Source: Bacteriovoracaceae bacterium (GTDB lineage Bacteria; Bdellovibrionota; Bacteriovoracia; Bacteriovoracales; Bacteriovoracaceae). From it: a stretch of DNA of 64,000 nt. Each line of letters begins with the position of its first letter. Positions within the stretch are counted from its first letter, which is position 1. The notes under the pieces are model-generated. The model ran no database searches, was not told the origin of the DNA, and was given only the letters and a program-made list of their open reading frames with translations. The position numbers and the translations under genes were made by a program. This document shows, piece after piece, positions 30,295 through 40,022 of this stretch. The stretch lies in NCBI GenBank assembly GCA_041586955.1, contig JBFGZE010000003.1:1-64000 (forward strand). Direction: 5' to 3'.

Positions 30295-30410
30295 TGATGA
30301 CCTTACTCTTTCTCAGCTTTCTCGCCTTTATGCATATTGATCAAACCCTTCGTCAAAACCAATACCGACTTTACAAGGAGTTCCACCGTGAATGGAAATC
30401 AATCAAATGA
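30225..30410 (+). CDS. Small pseudopilin-like protein (61 aa)
   Basis: MARRSHYQNQGSQLGSMELSWAMMMTLLFL: basic leader, Gly, Glu, hydrophobic helix; overlaps neighbours. Confidence 0.4.
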   Translation: MARRSHYQNQGSQLGSMELSWAMMMTLLFLSFLAFMHIDQTLRQNQYRLYKEFHREWKSIK

Positions 30411-30867
30411 TCTTTTCTTTGATAAAAAAAAAGAAAAAAAGCTTAAACAAGCCCTGACAATTAAATTTATAATCTGTTTACTTTTAAGTCATGCCATCAT
30501 TTTTTTATGGAATAGCGATGAGGCCACGCCTCCCCTTGCTGAGCAATTTATCCCTCATAAAGATTATGAATTAATTCAAATTTCTTTGAATCTTCACGTC
30601 CCACTTCTCGCTCAGAAAAAAACCCCTATCTCTCTCTATGCGGGAAATAAGCGAATTATTGAAAAGGCCTTTGTCTATCCTGAAAAAGTTAATTGTCAGC
30701 AAGACCAACTAAGTGAGCAAAAAACCCGCTATAACGTGGAGATAAAAAAACAAGAAATTCACTTATTGCCTAATAAAGGTCAAGTGACGTTAGGAGCTTG
30801 GCCGATACACCATCAACCACTACTTAAAGCTCAACACAAAAGGGGGCATTATGAAGTTAAGTTTTAA
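30388..30867 (+). CDS. Bitopic membrane protein in Tad locus (CpaB-like by position only)
   Basis: GTG start 7 nt after AAGGAG; single TM. Confidence 0.5.
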   Translation: MNGNQSNDLFFDKKKEKKLKQALTIKFIICLLLSHAIIFLWNSDEATPPLAEQFIPHKDYELIQISLNLHVPLLAQKKTPISLYAGNKRIIEKAFVYPEKVNCQQDQLSEQKTRYNVEIKKQEIHLLPNKGQVTLGAWPIHHQPLLKAQHKRGHYEVKF

Positions 30868-31168
30868 AGTTTATTTAAGTTATACCCTCTTATTTTTTAG
30901 TCAGCTTTACGCCTATGGCCCAGTTCATATTGATTTTTCCAAGCACGAACAAAAAGCATTATTAATTAAAAAAATTATGATGAAAGAATTTAATATTCCG
31001 ACCTCACTTGTGACTCTCCACCAAAGTAAAGGCAATCATTGTAATCAAAGAAAATACCCGTTCCATATTTTGGTAAACGATAATAACGAAATGATCATTC
31101 ATCATGTCGATCATCTTTTTATCAAAAATAATTTAGGACAATTTAATAATTGGAAGGATGGCCAATGA
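30851..31168 (+). CDS. Exported hypothetical protein
   Basis: Signal peptide ending LYA; overlaps previous gene. Confidence 0.55.
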   Translation: MKLSFKVYLSYTLLFFSQLYAYGPVHIDFSKHEQKALLIKKIMMKEFNIPTSLVTLHQSKGNHCNQRKYPFHILVNDNNEMIIHHVDHLFIKNNLGQFNNWKDGQ

Positions 31169-31184
31169 GGACCTGTGGAAACAC

Positions 31185-31211
31185 AAAAAGCTTCCATAAA
31201 GGAAGCTTTTT
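31185..31211. terminator. Bidirectional intrinsic terminator
   Basis: AAAAAGCTTCC-ATAAA-GGAAGCTTTTT, perfect 11-bp inverted repeat. Confidence 0.85.
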
Positions 31212-31241
31212 ATCAACTTATTCAAAACCAAGATTGGTTAA

Positions 31242-31370
31242 TTATTTGTCGAGGTGGATCGCAAATTTAGGAGTTGTTCCCTTTGTACGATTCTGGGCCT
31301 TTCTTCTTGATCCCATTTTCTTTTTACGGTTAGATCTTTTTGTTTTTGTTACTCTTGTATTTGAAACCAT
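31242..31370 (-). CDS. Small very basic protein (42 aa)
   Basis: AGGAG RBS; MVSNTRVTKTKRSNRKKKMGSRRKAQNRTKGTTPKFAIHLDK; own promoter and terminator. Confidence 0.75.
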   Translation of the reverse strand: MVSNTRVTKTKRSNRKKKMGSRRKAQNRTKGTTPKFAIHLDK

Positions 31371-31428
31371 ATCGGCACTCCTGATTCTTCTTACAGCAAT
31401 TAGCAAACAAGCTTTTAATAACTTCAAG

Positions 31429-31457
31429 TATTTATCGAATTTAGGGCCACATGTCAA
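31429..31457 (-). promoter_or_regulatory. Candidate sigma70 promoter of the small basic gene
   Basis: TTGACA-17 nt-TAAATA on minus strand. Confidence 0.5.
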
Positions 31458-31464
31458 AACAAAG

Positions 31465-32706
31465 TTGAGTCTTTCTCTTTTTTTCTTAGTACCAGTTCTC
31501 GCCTCTTGCAACGTATATTCAAGCACTTACAAGACAATCATCCTGGCAAAAGGAGAGCACTATACTATTGCTGCGCCGAACCTCAAGCAATTTACACTAG
31601 GAAACCCCGAAGTACTCAAGGCAAAATTCCAAGAAAGAAAAAAGTCCCTATGGCTTAAGGCCATTGGTCTGGGCTTTTCCGAAGTGTTGGTTTGGGAGAA
31701 AAAAAAGACATCCTATCATGTTTACGTCTTGGATAGACGAGTCCATATGGCCCAAGCAGCACAATTGGCGCTCATTCAAAATAAGGGGCTTAAGGTAAAT
31801 ATTAAAGGGGGGCAGTTTTTAATCACTGGAAGAGTCGCCGAACTCGACACTCTCATGCTCCTCAAAAAAATACAGGAAAAATTGCAATTAAAAATTTCGT
31901 TGCAACTAACACTTACTCCAGGCCTAAAAAAAATTATGATGGCCGAATTAATCTCTTATCTATTTTCAGAGGGGCTCCAAGAATTTAATTGTTATATCAT
32001 TGGGGTCTTTCCCGAATGCTCAATCCCCCATCAATTGATGCCTTCAAAAGTTGTTCTCAAGCATTTAAAGTCAAAATGGCCGATTACTATCGTTCCTCGT
32101 TTTCAGACGATGGGGTTAAATTATAAATTAGAGCTCAAACTCTTTCTTATTAGTTTTTCTAAAGATACCCAACAGGCATTTGGTGCGCAAAAGATTGAAG
32201 GTCCATTAAAAAACTTTATTAAAACAAAACTCTATCAACCACTCGAAAATAATACGGTCATCTACAAGGGTGAAGATATTTCTGTCGAAACCATGGCCAG
32301 TCCAACCATATTAATCACCCTTGATAATGAGGCCGAGTTATCATTAGGCGCAGAGGTCCCATTTCAGCAAAAGGAAACCTCACCGGTTTTTAAATTCGCT
32401 GGCCTTAAAATTAAAACTCTTCTCAAGGGTAAAAATGGTCACCTCTATTTGCAATACCAAGTTGAGCTAACAAGGCCCGGCGTTGGTCAAATGATTGGTG
32501 GTTTAAAGAAAAAATCTCAATTGCGCCTGAATCTTGGCCAAAAAACGGACCTTTTTCAATTGAATTACCGATCCATGGGTAAAGAGAAGGTGCACTTACC
32601 AACCCTTGGTAAAATACCGCTATTAGGTCAATTATTTTCCTATAACGCCCATCAATCAAATATTAAAAATATTTACGCCACTGTCACTTTAAAAAAGGAA
32701 GAATAG
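31465..32706 (+). CDS. Divergent Flp pilus secretin (CpaC/RcpA-like)
   Basis: TLGNPEVL pilus-formation N domain, GAEVPF, FKFAGL, LGKIPLLGQLF; start uncertain (TTG 31465 suggested). Confidence 0.7.
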   Translation: MSLSLFFLVPVLASCNVYSSTYKTIILAKGEHYTIAAPNLKQFTLGNPEVLKAKFQERKKSLWLKAIGLGFSEVLVWEKKKTSYHVYVLDRRVHMAQAAQLALIQNKGLKVNIKGGQFLITGRVAELDTLMLLKKIQEKLQLKISLQLTLTPGLKKIMMAELISYLFSEGLQEFNCYIIGVFPECSIPHQLMPSKVVLKHLKSKWPITIVPRFQTMGLNYKLELKLFLISFSKDTQQAFGAQKIEGPLKNFIKTKLYQPLENNTVIYKGEDISVETMASPTILITLDNEAELSLGAEVPFQQKETSPVFKFAGLKIKTLLKGKNGHLYLQYQVELTRPGVGQMIGGLKKKSQLRLNLGQKTDLFQLNYRSMGKEKVHLPTLGKIPLLGQLFSYNAHQSNIKNIYATVTLKKEE

Positions 32707-32709
32707 TTT

Positions 32710-33810
32710 ATGGGCGCGCTTGAACAATTGGAACCCAATAAACAAAATATTGTTTTTGAATCCTTCAAGGAAATTTTTAAAAAAAAGATTCAACACACAC
32801 CGACGATTACCTTCGACCATATTGCTCAGGATATCGGAGACTTTTATGGATTTGATTGGCAACATTACCCTTGGCCCTACGCTCGCCATTGGTTTCAACA
32901 AATCACTTCATTAACCTTTGCTAGTGATTTGTTAAAGGAAAAGGGTCTCTACGAAGTCATTTTTCATAATCATGAATACATCACTCTTTGGGGCGAAAGT
33001 CCGCGCCAATTTCAAAATGATGGTCTTTCGGAAGACGATTTTAATTTAGCACTAGAAGTGTTGGCGTTAAAAAATTATCAAGACTTCAATTATCAAAACC
33101 CCTTTGTTAGCTTTAAACTAGAAGTCAGTGACTTTAAATTGAGGGCCACCCTTATCCATAAAGAACTAACTCCAGAGAAAAAATCACATCAATTGATTTT
33201 ACGCTTACCTCCAGCTAAGGAGATCCTTCTAAAAAACTTTTATCAAAATAATGAACAAAAGGTTTTCATTGAAAAACTAATTAAGGAAAAGAAAAATCTC
33301 GTTATCTGTGGTGCGACAGGCTCGGGAAAGACAACATTCATTCGCAATTTATTGCCACTAATCCCAAAGCAAGAGCATGTTATTATCCTAGAGGATACTC
33401 ATGAGATTATTCCGCCATCTCCTTATTGGGGCCATCTCTTGGCCAAAGATGAGGACGGTAAACGTCTCGTTGATTTTTGCCATTATACTTTAAGGATGTC
33501 TCCCGAGCGGTTGATTTTAGGAGAAATACGCTCCCATGAAGTTGTTCCCTTTCTTCTTATGGCGAATAGCGGACACCGAGGAATTATGACCACCTGTCAT
33601 GCAGACTCCCCTCGAGACGCTTTAAATCGTCTTGCGCTTTTATTTCAAATTTACTCTCAAACAGAAGGATTGCAGTATGAAAATATTATGAAGATCCTCT
33701 GTCAAGGAGTTGATTTCGTCATTTTTTTAGATAAAAGGAAGGTGAGAACGATCTCTCAGGTCTTAGGCCAAGAAAATGGTCACCCCTACTTAGAAGAATT
33801 TAATTTTTAA
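32710..33810 (+). CDS. cpaF: CpaF/TadA (VirB11-family) pilus assembly ATPase
   Basis: GATGSGKTT Walker A, LEDTHE, LRMSPERLILGEIR, SGHRG..TTCHA. Confidence 0.85.
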   Translation: MGALEQLEPNKQNIVFESFKEIFKKKIQHTPTITFDHIAQDIGDFYGFDWQHYPWPYARHWFQQITSLTFASDLLKEKGLYEVIFHNHEYITLWGESPRQFQNDGLSEDDFNLALEVLALKNYQDFNYQNPFVSFKLEVSDFKLRATLIHKELTPEKKSHQLILRLPPAKEILLKNFYQNNEQKVFIEKLIKEKKNLVICGATGSGKTTFIRNLLPLIPKQEHVIILEDTHEIIPPSPYWGHLLAKDEDGKRLVDFCHYTLRMSPERLILGEIRSHEVVPFLLMANSGHRGIMTTCHADSPRDALNRLALLFQIYSQTEGLQYENIMKILCQGVDFVIFLDKRKVRTISQVLGQENGHPYLEEFNF

Positions 33811-34906
33811 TAATAACCTTGTGGATCATTGGCAATACTTCTAAAAGGTCCTGCCCGGCGACAGAAAAACTGCGAAAATGAGATGAATTATCGATCTCGG
33901 TCAGATCAATTTGAAATTGATCTAAGGCCTGACCTATTATACTGACAATATAATCTTCTTTATACGGCCTTAAAGCGATGGCCAAGGCCCCTGGATGGGG
34001 AATGATATGGCCAGCAATTTCGGTGCCGCCGGCCTCCGGCATTAAACTCGAGCCCACAAAGACAGTCAGCCCTGAGCGCTTGGCCGGCAAAAGAGTTTTG
34101 GGAAATAAAATATTGGCACCTTTTTCGGCCATGATTCCCGCCTCGTCAAAATGCAAGGCCCGAATGACTTTTGCGGCATCAACCCTCTTCGGGTCAGTGG
34201 TAAAAACACCTGGGACATCAGTCCAAATCTCGACTCGCTTGGCGTTAAGTGCCTCACCTAAAAGAGTGGCACTATAGTCTGATCCCTCTCGCCCCAGGGT
34301 AGTCGTTTCACCATGTTTATTGGAGCCAATAAAACCTTGAGTAATAATCACAGTCTCTTTATTCACTAAAGGACGTAAGTGGCCGGCAACACAATCTTTA
34401 GTCATAGGAATATCTGGAAAGGCCCTATTCCAGTCACTATTTGTTTTTATCACTTGCCGCACGTCAAACCACAAAGGAGTGCGAGAAGACCAAGAATCCC
34501 GGCAAACTTCAACAAAGATCTTAGAGGATAAACGCTCACCAAGAGAATAAATATGATCCATTGCCTGGTCGGAGAGATGCCCCTCAAGGGCAACTCCCTT
34601 GAGGACGCCCATTCCCTCTTGAATCAATTGATCAATATCTTGTTTTAATTTGGTGTTTTTAGGCAAATAAGAGGCAATCCCATGATGGCGGTCACGGATC
34701 ATTTGCATGATCCCGCGTGCGTCCTCTTCACCCATCGTCCAGGCGCGCTTAGCGGCCTTTTCTAATTGATTAGTCGTATCATAAGTGGCACTAATCACCG
34801 CTAGGCCGGAACAGGGATTTTTTTCAAGAATCCGGGCACAGCGAACCATGCCCTCGTAATCGCGGACACTGGAGCCACCAAATTTTGCGATTGTTAATTC
34901 ATCCAC
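33800..34906 (-). CDS. lysC: Aspartate kinase with shortened regulatory region
   Basis: KFGGSSV, GERLSS, QGFIG, TTLGREGSDYSA, WTDVPGV. Confidence 0.9.
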   Translation of the reverse strand: MDELTIAKFGGSSVRDYEGMVRCARILEKNPCSGLAVISATYDTTNQLEKAAKRAWTMGEEDARGIMQMIRDRHHGIASYLPKNTKLKQDIDQLIQEGMGVLKGVALEGHLSDQAMDHIYSLGERLSSKIFVEVCRDSWSSRTPLWFDVRQVIKTNSDWNRAFPDIPMTKDCVAGHLRPLVNKETVIITQGFIGSNKHGETTTLGREGSDYSATLLGEALNAKRVEIWTDVPGVFTTDPKRVDAAKVIRALHFDEAGIMAEKGANILFPKTLLPAKRSGLTVFVGSSLMPEAGGTEIAGHIIPHPGALAIALRPYKEDYIVSIIGQALDQFQIDLTEIDNSSHFRSFSVAGQDLLEVLPMIHKVIIKN

Positions 34907-34918
34907 AAATACTGAACC

Positions 34919-36604
34919 CTAATCTCGTTTAAGTTTTTTATAGGTATGCCTTTGCGGATTAAGAGCATTTTCACCTAAACGGCGCTTTTTATCCTCTTCA
35001 TAATCCGAAAAGTTACCGTCAAACCAGACCACTTCACTATCGCTTTCAAAGGCCATAATATGAGTTGCAATACGATCTAAGAAAAACCTATCGTGGGAGA
35101 TCACCACGGCACAACCAGGATAATCTACTAAAGCTTTTTCTAAGGCCTGCAGAGTATTAACATCGAGATCATTGGTGGGCTCATCAAGAAGGAGGACATT
35201 CCCCTCTTGCTTGAGCACAGAGGCCAAATGAACGCGATTTCTTTCTCCACCAGATAATTCGCTCACCAATTTTTTCTGGTCTTCACCAGAAAAATTAAAT
35301 TTCGCGATATAGGCCCGAGAATTGACCTTATGCCCACCAATATCCATAAACTCCGTCCCTCCTGAAACCACATCATAAATGGTATGAGAGGGGTCGAGAT
35401 CACGACCTTGATCCACGTAGGATAGTTTAACAGTTTCCCCTACTTTAAAGGTTCCAGCGTCGGCCTTTTCTTGCTCCATAATAAGTTTGAAAAGAGTCGT
35501 TTTACCAGCACCGTTGGGCCCAATGATGCCAACAATACCACCAGGGGGAAGTTTAAAAGTGAGATTTTCATAAAGAATTCGATCGTCAAAGGCCTTCTTA
35601 ATACCACAGGCCTCTAAAACCATGTCACCAAGACGCGGCCCGGGGGGGATAAAGAGTTCATTCATCTCAACTCTTTGCTCCTTCGATTCTTTAAGACGTT
35701 CTTCGTAATTTTTAATACGTGCCTTACTTTTTGCCTGCCGCGCTTTAGGAGAGGCATTAATCCATTCGAGCTCCTCTTTCATTGCGCGTTGCCGTTTTGA
35801 TTCTGTCTTTTCCTCTTTCTCCAAACGTTTCGCTTTTTGTTCAAGCCAGCCACTATAATTCCCTTCAAAAGGAATACCTTCACCACGGTCTAATTCTAAA
35901 ATCCAACCGGCGACATTATCGAGGAAATAACGATCATGGGTTACGGCAATAACAGTGCCTTTATATTGTTGTAAATGTCTTTCTAACCACCAAACAGTTT
36001 CTGCATCGAGGTGGTTGGTCGGTTCATCTAATAAAAGAATATCGGGCTCACGAAGAAGAAGGCGACAAAGGGCAACTCTTCTTTTCTCACCACCAGAGAG
36101 GACCCCACATTTAGCATCGGCCGGCGGACAGCGAAGAGCTTCCATTGCCAACTCAAGGCGAGAATCAAGATCCCAGGCCTGACTGGCATCGAGCTTATCT
36201 TGAAGCTTGGCCTGCTTTTCAAGAAGAGCGTTCATTTCATCATCACTCATCTCTTCGGCGAATTTCGCGGAAATTTCGTCAAATTGAGTCAATAGATCAA
36301 CAACTTCTTGAACCCCTTCCTGCACAACTTCTTTAACCGTTTTATTGTCATCTAGTTTTGGCTCTTGCTCCAAAAGGCCCACAGTATAACCTTTGGACAA
36401 ATGGGTTTCGCCCAGATGGTCATCATCAAGACCGGCCAAGATTCTAAGAAGAGTCGATTTCCCCGCACCATTAAGGCCGAGAACACCAATTTTGGCACCA
36501 TAAAAATATGACAAACTAATATTCTTGAGAACGTGTTTTTGCTTATAGACTTTTCCAACTCGGTTCATCGAGTAGATAATTTGCTTATCATTTACTTGCG
36601 CCAT
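34919..36604 (-). CDS. ettA: Energy-dependent translational throttle ABC-F protein
   Basis: Two ABC domains; [37 protein letters not shown] linker. Confidence 0.95.
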   Translation of the reverse strand: MAQVNDKQIIYSMNRVGKVYKQKHVLKNISLSYFYGAKIGVLGLNGAGKSTLLRILAGLDDDHLGETHLSKGYTVGLLEQEPKLDDNKTVKEVVQEGVQEVVDLLTQFDEISAKFAEEMSDDEMNALLEKQAKLQDKLDASQAWDLDSRLELAMEALRCPPADAKCGVLSGGEKRRVALCRLLLREPDILLLDEPTNHLDAETVWWLERHLQQYKGTVIAVTHDRYFLDNVAGWILELDRGEGIPFEGNYSGWLEQKAKRLEKEEKTESKRQRAMKEELEWINASPKARQAKSKARIKNYEERLKESKEQRVEMNELFIPPGPRLGDMVLEACGIKKAFDDRILYENLTFKLPPGGIVGIIGPNGAGKTTLFKLIMEQEKADAGTFKVGETVKLSYVDQGRDLDPSHTIYDVVSGGTEFMDIGGHKVNSRAYIAKFNFSGEDQKKLVSELSGGERNRVHLASVLKQEGNVLLLDEPTNDLDVNTLQALEKALVDYPGCAVVISHDRFFLDRIATHIMAFESDSEVVWFDGNFSDYEEDKKRRLGENALNPQRHTYKKLKRD

Positions 36605-36656
36605 AAATATCTCCTTAAAATTAAGCTTTATTTATAGCATGGAGTTTATACTTCAT

Positions 36657-37550
36657 CTAGCCCAAGACGCATGCCATTAGTCCTAAAACAAAGGCCAAAA
36701 ACCCAAGGAGCAGAAATAGCGCCGAAAACAGTAGTTGACCTCCTGCAATCAAAGTTTGAAACTTCTTTTGACGCTCCTCGAGAAGGAACCATGAATGATG
36801 TAAAAGGCGCTTAACCTCCTCGCGAATAGGCCGCCCATTATGACTCCAATTATTTAAAAGCTCTCTTAATTGCTCGGTTAAATCAATTAAGCTTTTTTCA
36901 GGCCGTTGCCATAATTCATGACAAGCGCTGCGCTCCAAAATGGCCTTAATTGGTAGACCTGTTTCACATAACGCCATCAAGCGTAAAAGAGCAGCCAAGG
37001 TTTTTTCATGAGCGAAAAAATAGGTCTGCCTTAATTTTTTGAGCCATAAAAAGAAGAGCATCATACCTATTAATTGCCATAAAATGACCCCTCCCTTAAG
37101 CCATAAGGGAATGATGATCTGTAAATGTTTTTCACTGAGAATCATAAAGGAGGTTGTGATCAAGGCCATCGCCACCATTTGCAAGAGACCTTGGGATACC
37201 ATCCGATTACTCATTACTTCAAATTGTTCCTCCTTTCCTAAAAAAGTCATCAACTCACGGCCTATTTTTTGCTTAGGAAATCCTAATTGGCGGTGTAGGC
37301 CAATTAGATCTTCAATAAGAAAAGAATAAAATTTAAAGGTGGGAAACTCCTGATCGGAGGAAAACGAACCACTTCCGGTCCATTTTAAAACAATTCGCAA
37401 TAAAAAACGCGCTCCTTGAGTCTGGGACGTAGGCCCATATTGACGGCAATAACCACTTAATTTGCCGAATAAATCCCCTAGAATTGACCACTTGGACCAA
37501 GGAATGAGGAGACAAATAAAAAAAATAATTATAATAATAATGGCTTTCAT
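36657..37550 (-). CDS. Divergent TadB/TadC-like (T2SSF-like) inner-membrane platform protein
   Basis: TM-soluble-two TM-soluble (ETGLPI...NGRPI)-TM pattern; 3 kb from Tad locus. Confidence 0.5.
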   Translation of the reverse strand: MKAIIIIIIFFICLLIPWSKWSILGDLFGKLSGYCRQYGPTSQTQGARFLLRIVLKWTGSGSFSSDQEFPTFKFYSFLIEDLIGLHRQLGFPKQKIGRELMTFLGKEEQFEVMSNRMVSQGLLQMVAMALITTSFMILSEKHLQIIIPLWLKGGVILWQLIGMMLFFLWLKKLRQTYFFAHEKTLAALLRLMALCETGLPIKAILERSACHELWQRPEKSLIDLTEQLRELLNNWSHNGRPIREEVKRLLHHSWFLLEERQKKFQTLIAGGQLLFSALFLLLGFLAFVLGLMACVLG

Positions 37551-37563
37551 CACTCCCCCTATG

Positions 37564-37579
37564 AGCAGGTTTGATGCCA
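37564..37579 (-). promoter_or_regulatory. Candidate sigma54 promoter
   Basis: TGGCAT-CAAAC-CTGCT with conserved GG and GC. Confidence 0.35.
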
Positions 37580-37633
37580 GGCCCATAGGAATTTAATATT
37601 GACGATACTCGTCAAAGAGGTTAATCAATAACC

Positions 37634-37900
37634 ATGAACCAAGAGCAACACACCCCTCATTCTTCGAGCAAAGATTTATCCATCCTCAAGGAGCTCTCTT
37701 TAAGTGAGCTGCATGAGAGAATCAGTCAATTAGAGTACTTATCGCAAAACTTTGATCCCTTCGGATCTAAGGATGACTTTAATGATGTTCTCAAAGTCTT
37801 CAGTCTTGAAACCCTAGAAGACCCATTCGCTCTCACCAATCAAATTATTTTTCTTTTAGAGAATGCGCTTGAAGAATTACAAAAAAGGGGCCGTATTTGA
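37634..37900 (+). CDS. Hypothetical acidic protein
   Basis: 88-aa ORF overlapping the next gene by 4 nt. Confidence 0.65.
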   Translation: MNQEQHTPHSSSKDLSILKELSLSELHERISQLEYLSQNFDPFGSKDDFNDVLKVFSLETLEDPFALTNQIIFLLENALEELQKRGRI

Positions 37901-39093
37901 ATCTCAAAGGACTCACTTCTGTGCGCTTGCACCCAGCTTCTATTAAATACCTAGGTAAGGGCCATCCTTGGATCACAGAAGACCAATACACGGAGAAATT
38001 TCCAAAGGGCGCAAAATTTTTAATTGGTGGTAAAGAGTTTGTGCTTTTACACGATCCCACCCATAAGAAGATCAAAGCGCGCCTTTGGCGAAAATGGGAT
38101 CACTCGATTAAAACTTTTGACTTTAAAAGAGATCTCAATAAACGCATTGAAAAGGCCTTGGCCCAAAGACAAGAGCAGAATATCGCTAGTGATAGAGATA
38201 ATTATTATCTGATCTTTGGTGAAACTGATGCCATCCCAGGGATCTATGTTCAAAAAATCAAAGGCCATATCCTATTACAAACCCAAATGGATTTTTGGAA
38301 ACCTTATTTAGGAGATATTGTCCGTAAAATTAGAGAGGCCTTTCCCGAACAAGAACTTATTGTCTGGTGGCAAAAACGTGATCAAACAGCACAGGCAAAA
38401 TGGATCCCCTTTGCCCATGAACAGGAATCCGCTAATTTCGTTATTAAAGAATATGATATTAATTATCAAATCAAATTAGGGCCTCATTACGATTTTGGCA
38501 TCTATACCGATATGGCGGCCATCCGTGGCCAATTACCACAAAAACAATTGGAAAATAAAAAGGTTCTTAACCTTTTCGCCTATACTGGCGCCTTCTCTCT
38601 TTTTGCTCTCAAAAATCAAGCGGCAGAGGTGACTTCAGTTGACCTCTCTAAGGTTTATTCAACATGGCTTGAAGAAAATATCGATCTTAATCCAGACCTT
38701 GATAAAAGCAAGCACCAAATGATCACAATGCCGACAATTAAAGCGCTCAACCGATTGATTAAGGAAGAAAAATCATTTGACCTCATCATTTGTGACCCAC
38801 CCTCGGCCAGTTCTGATGGCAAGAAAATGACGAGTGCAATTAGGGGCTACGAGCAATTAATGCCTTTGATTGCCAAACTTCTTGCCCCTCACGGAACGGT
38901 AATAACCTTTATTAACACCCATAGTATTAATTTAGATCAATACCGCCGCAAGATGAATCAATACATTCATAAAAACGAGCTACATCTTAAGAGTCAGAAA
39001 ATTTATCAATTAAATTCTGATTGTCCCACTCTTGCGACTTTTCCTGAGGGAAATTATCTCAAGGGTATTTGTTTCAAAAAATTAGATAAATAA
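37897..39093 (+). CDS. RlmI-like 23S rRNA m5C methyltransferase
   Basis: GHPWI, GETDAIPG, LNLFAYTGAFS, DLIICDPPS, GNYLKG. Confidence 0.85.
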   Translation: MNLKGLTSVRLHPASIKYLGKGHPWITEDQYTEKFPKGAKFLIGGKEFVLLHDPTHKKIKARLWRKWDHSIKTFDFKRDLNKRIEKALAQRQEQNIASDRDNYYLIFGETDAIPGIYVQKIKGHILLQTQMDFWKPYLGDIVRKIREAFPEQELIVWWQKRDQTAQAKWIPFAHEQESANFVIKEYDINYQIKLGPHYDFGIYTDMAAIRGQLPQKQLENKKVLNLFAYTGAFSLFALKNQAAEVTSVDLSKVYSTWLEENIDLNPDLDKSKHQMITMPTIKALNRLIKEEKSFDLIICDPPSASSDGKKMTSAIRGYEQLMPLIAKLLAPHGTVITFINTHSINLDQYRRKMNQYIHKNELHLKSQKIYQLNSDCPTLATFPEGNYLKGICFKKLDK

Positions 39094-39232
39094 ATCAACT
39101 TTGCTTGAGTATTGCCGCCTGGCACTTGTTTCATGATATAGCTCACCTTCATGAGCAAGATGAGTCATCACGAAATTCCTCATTTTCCTTTAAGCTAAAG
39201 TCTAGAAAGTAAGGCATGCGCAGGAGGCTATC

Positions 39233-40000
39233 TTGATGGAATTATCACAGAGAATTTTAAAACGAGCACAAACGCCACTATATCTAGAATCGACAGTCGA
39301 AAAAGAGGCCTTCCTGGCGGAAAAACGCCCCCATTCTTTTTCAACATCTGTGGAGACCAAAAATGATGGGGAAATTACCCTCTTCGGATTGATTGATGAA
39401 AATCAGGTGCCTCCTCAGTTTTTGGCGATTAAATATACAGGAAACCTTAAACAAGAGGTTTTGGCCTTAGTCGATGTCTTTGTTGAATTCTCAACAGGAA
39501 AAGATATAAGAGGAATTAAGGCACTCTCTCTAAGAGAGATAGATAGTTTTTTACGAGACAATAACCTCCATTCGGCCTTCCCTGAAAATAACACAAACCT
39601 TTTAATACTTTTTGACCAATTAAAAAAGGCCCTGGAAAAAGTCATTGAGGCCGATGACCAAAGGCCAGCTGGTGAAAAGATCTCGCCAACCATCAACAGA
39701 GACTATAAAAACAAAGGTTCTTATTATCCTTATAATAATAAGAATAACTATCATGATCTTGACCAGGGAGAAAAGGCCCAATTAATTGCTCAGATTATTG
39801 AAGATCATATCGCCACCCCTTTAAGTCGAGATGGTGGAGGAATATATTGTGTTTTTACCGATGATAATTTAGTGGTGATAGAATACTTAGGGGCATGTCA
39901 GGGTTGTTTATCATCCTTGACCACCACAATGAATTTCATTCAAAGGGTTTTCCAATTGGAAACCGGTGCCCCTGGTATTCTCGTTATGACAGATTCTTAG
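39233..40000 (+). CDS. Protein with C-terminal NifU/Nfu domain
   Basis: LSRDGGGI...YLGACQGC Nfu motif; unassigned N-terminal part. Confidence 0.78.
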   Translation: MMELSQRILKRAQTPLYLESTVEKEAFLAEKRPHSFSTSVETKNDGEITLFGLIDENQVPPQFLAIKYTGNLKQEVLALVDVFVEFSTGKDIRGIKALSLREIDSFLRDNNLHSAFPENNTNLLILFDQLKKALEKVIEADDQRPAGEKISPTINRDYKNKGSYYPYNNKNNYHDLDQGEKAQLIAQIIEDHIATPLSRDGGGIYCVFTDDNLVVIEYLGACQGCLSSLTTTMNFIQRVFQLETGAPGILVMTDS

Positions 40001-40022
40001 ACAATGGCATCGATAGTTGCCA

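Noticed and set aside
31150..31464. N-terminal ~105 aa of the 518-aa secretin ORF
   Set aside because: Crosses a perfect terminator and the antisense small gene; the real start is probably near 31465
39151..39198. Possible leader peptide MSKMSHHEIPHFPLS
   Set aside because: No RBS and no attenuator structure seen
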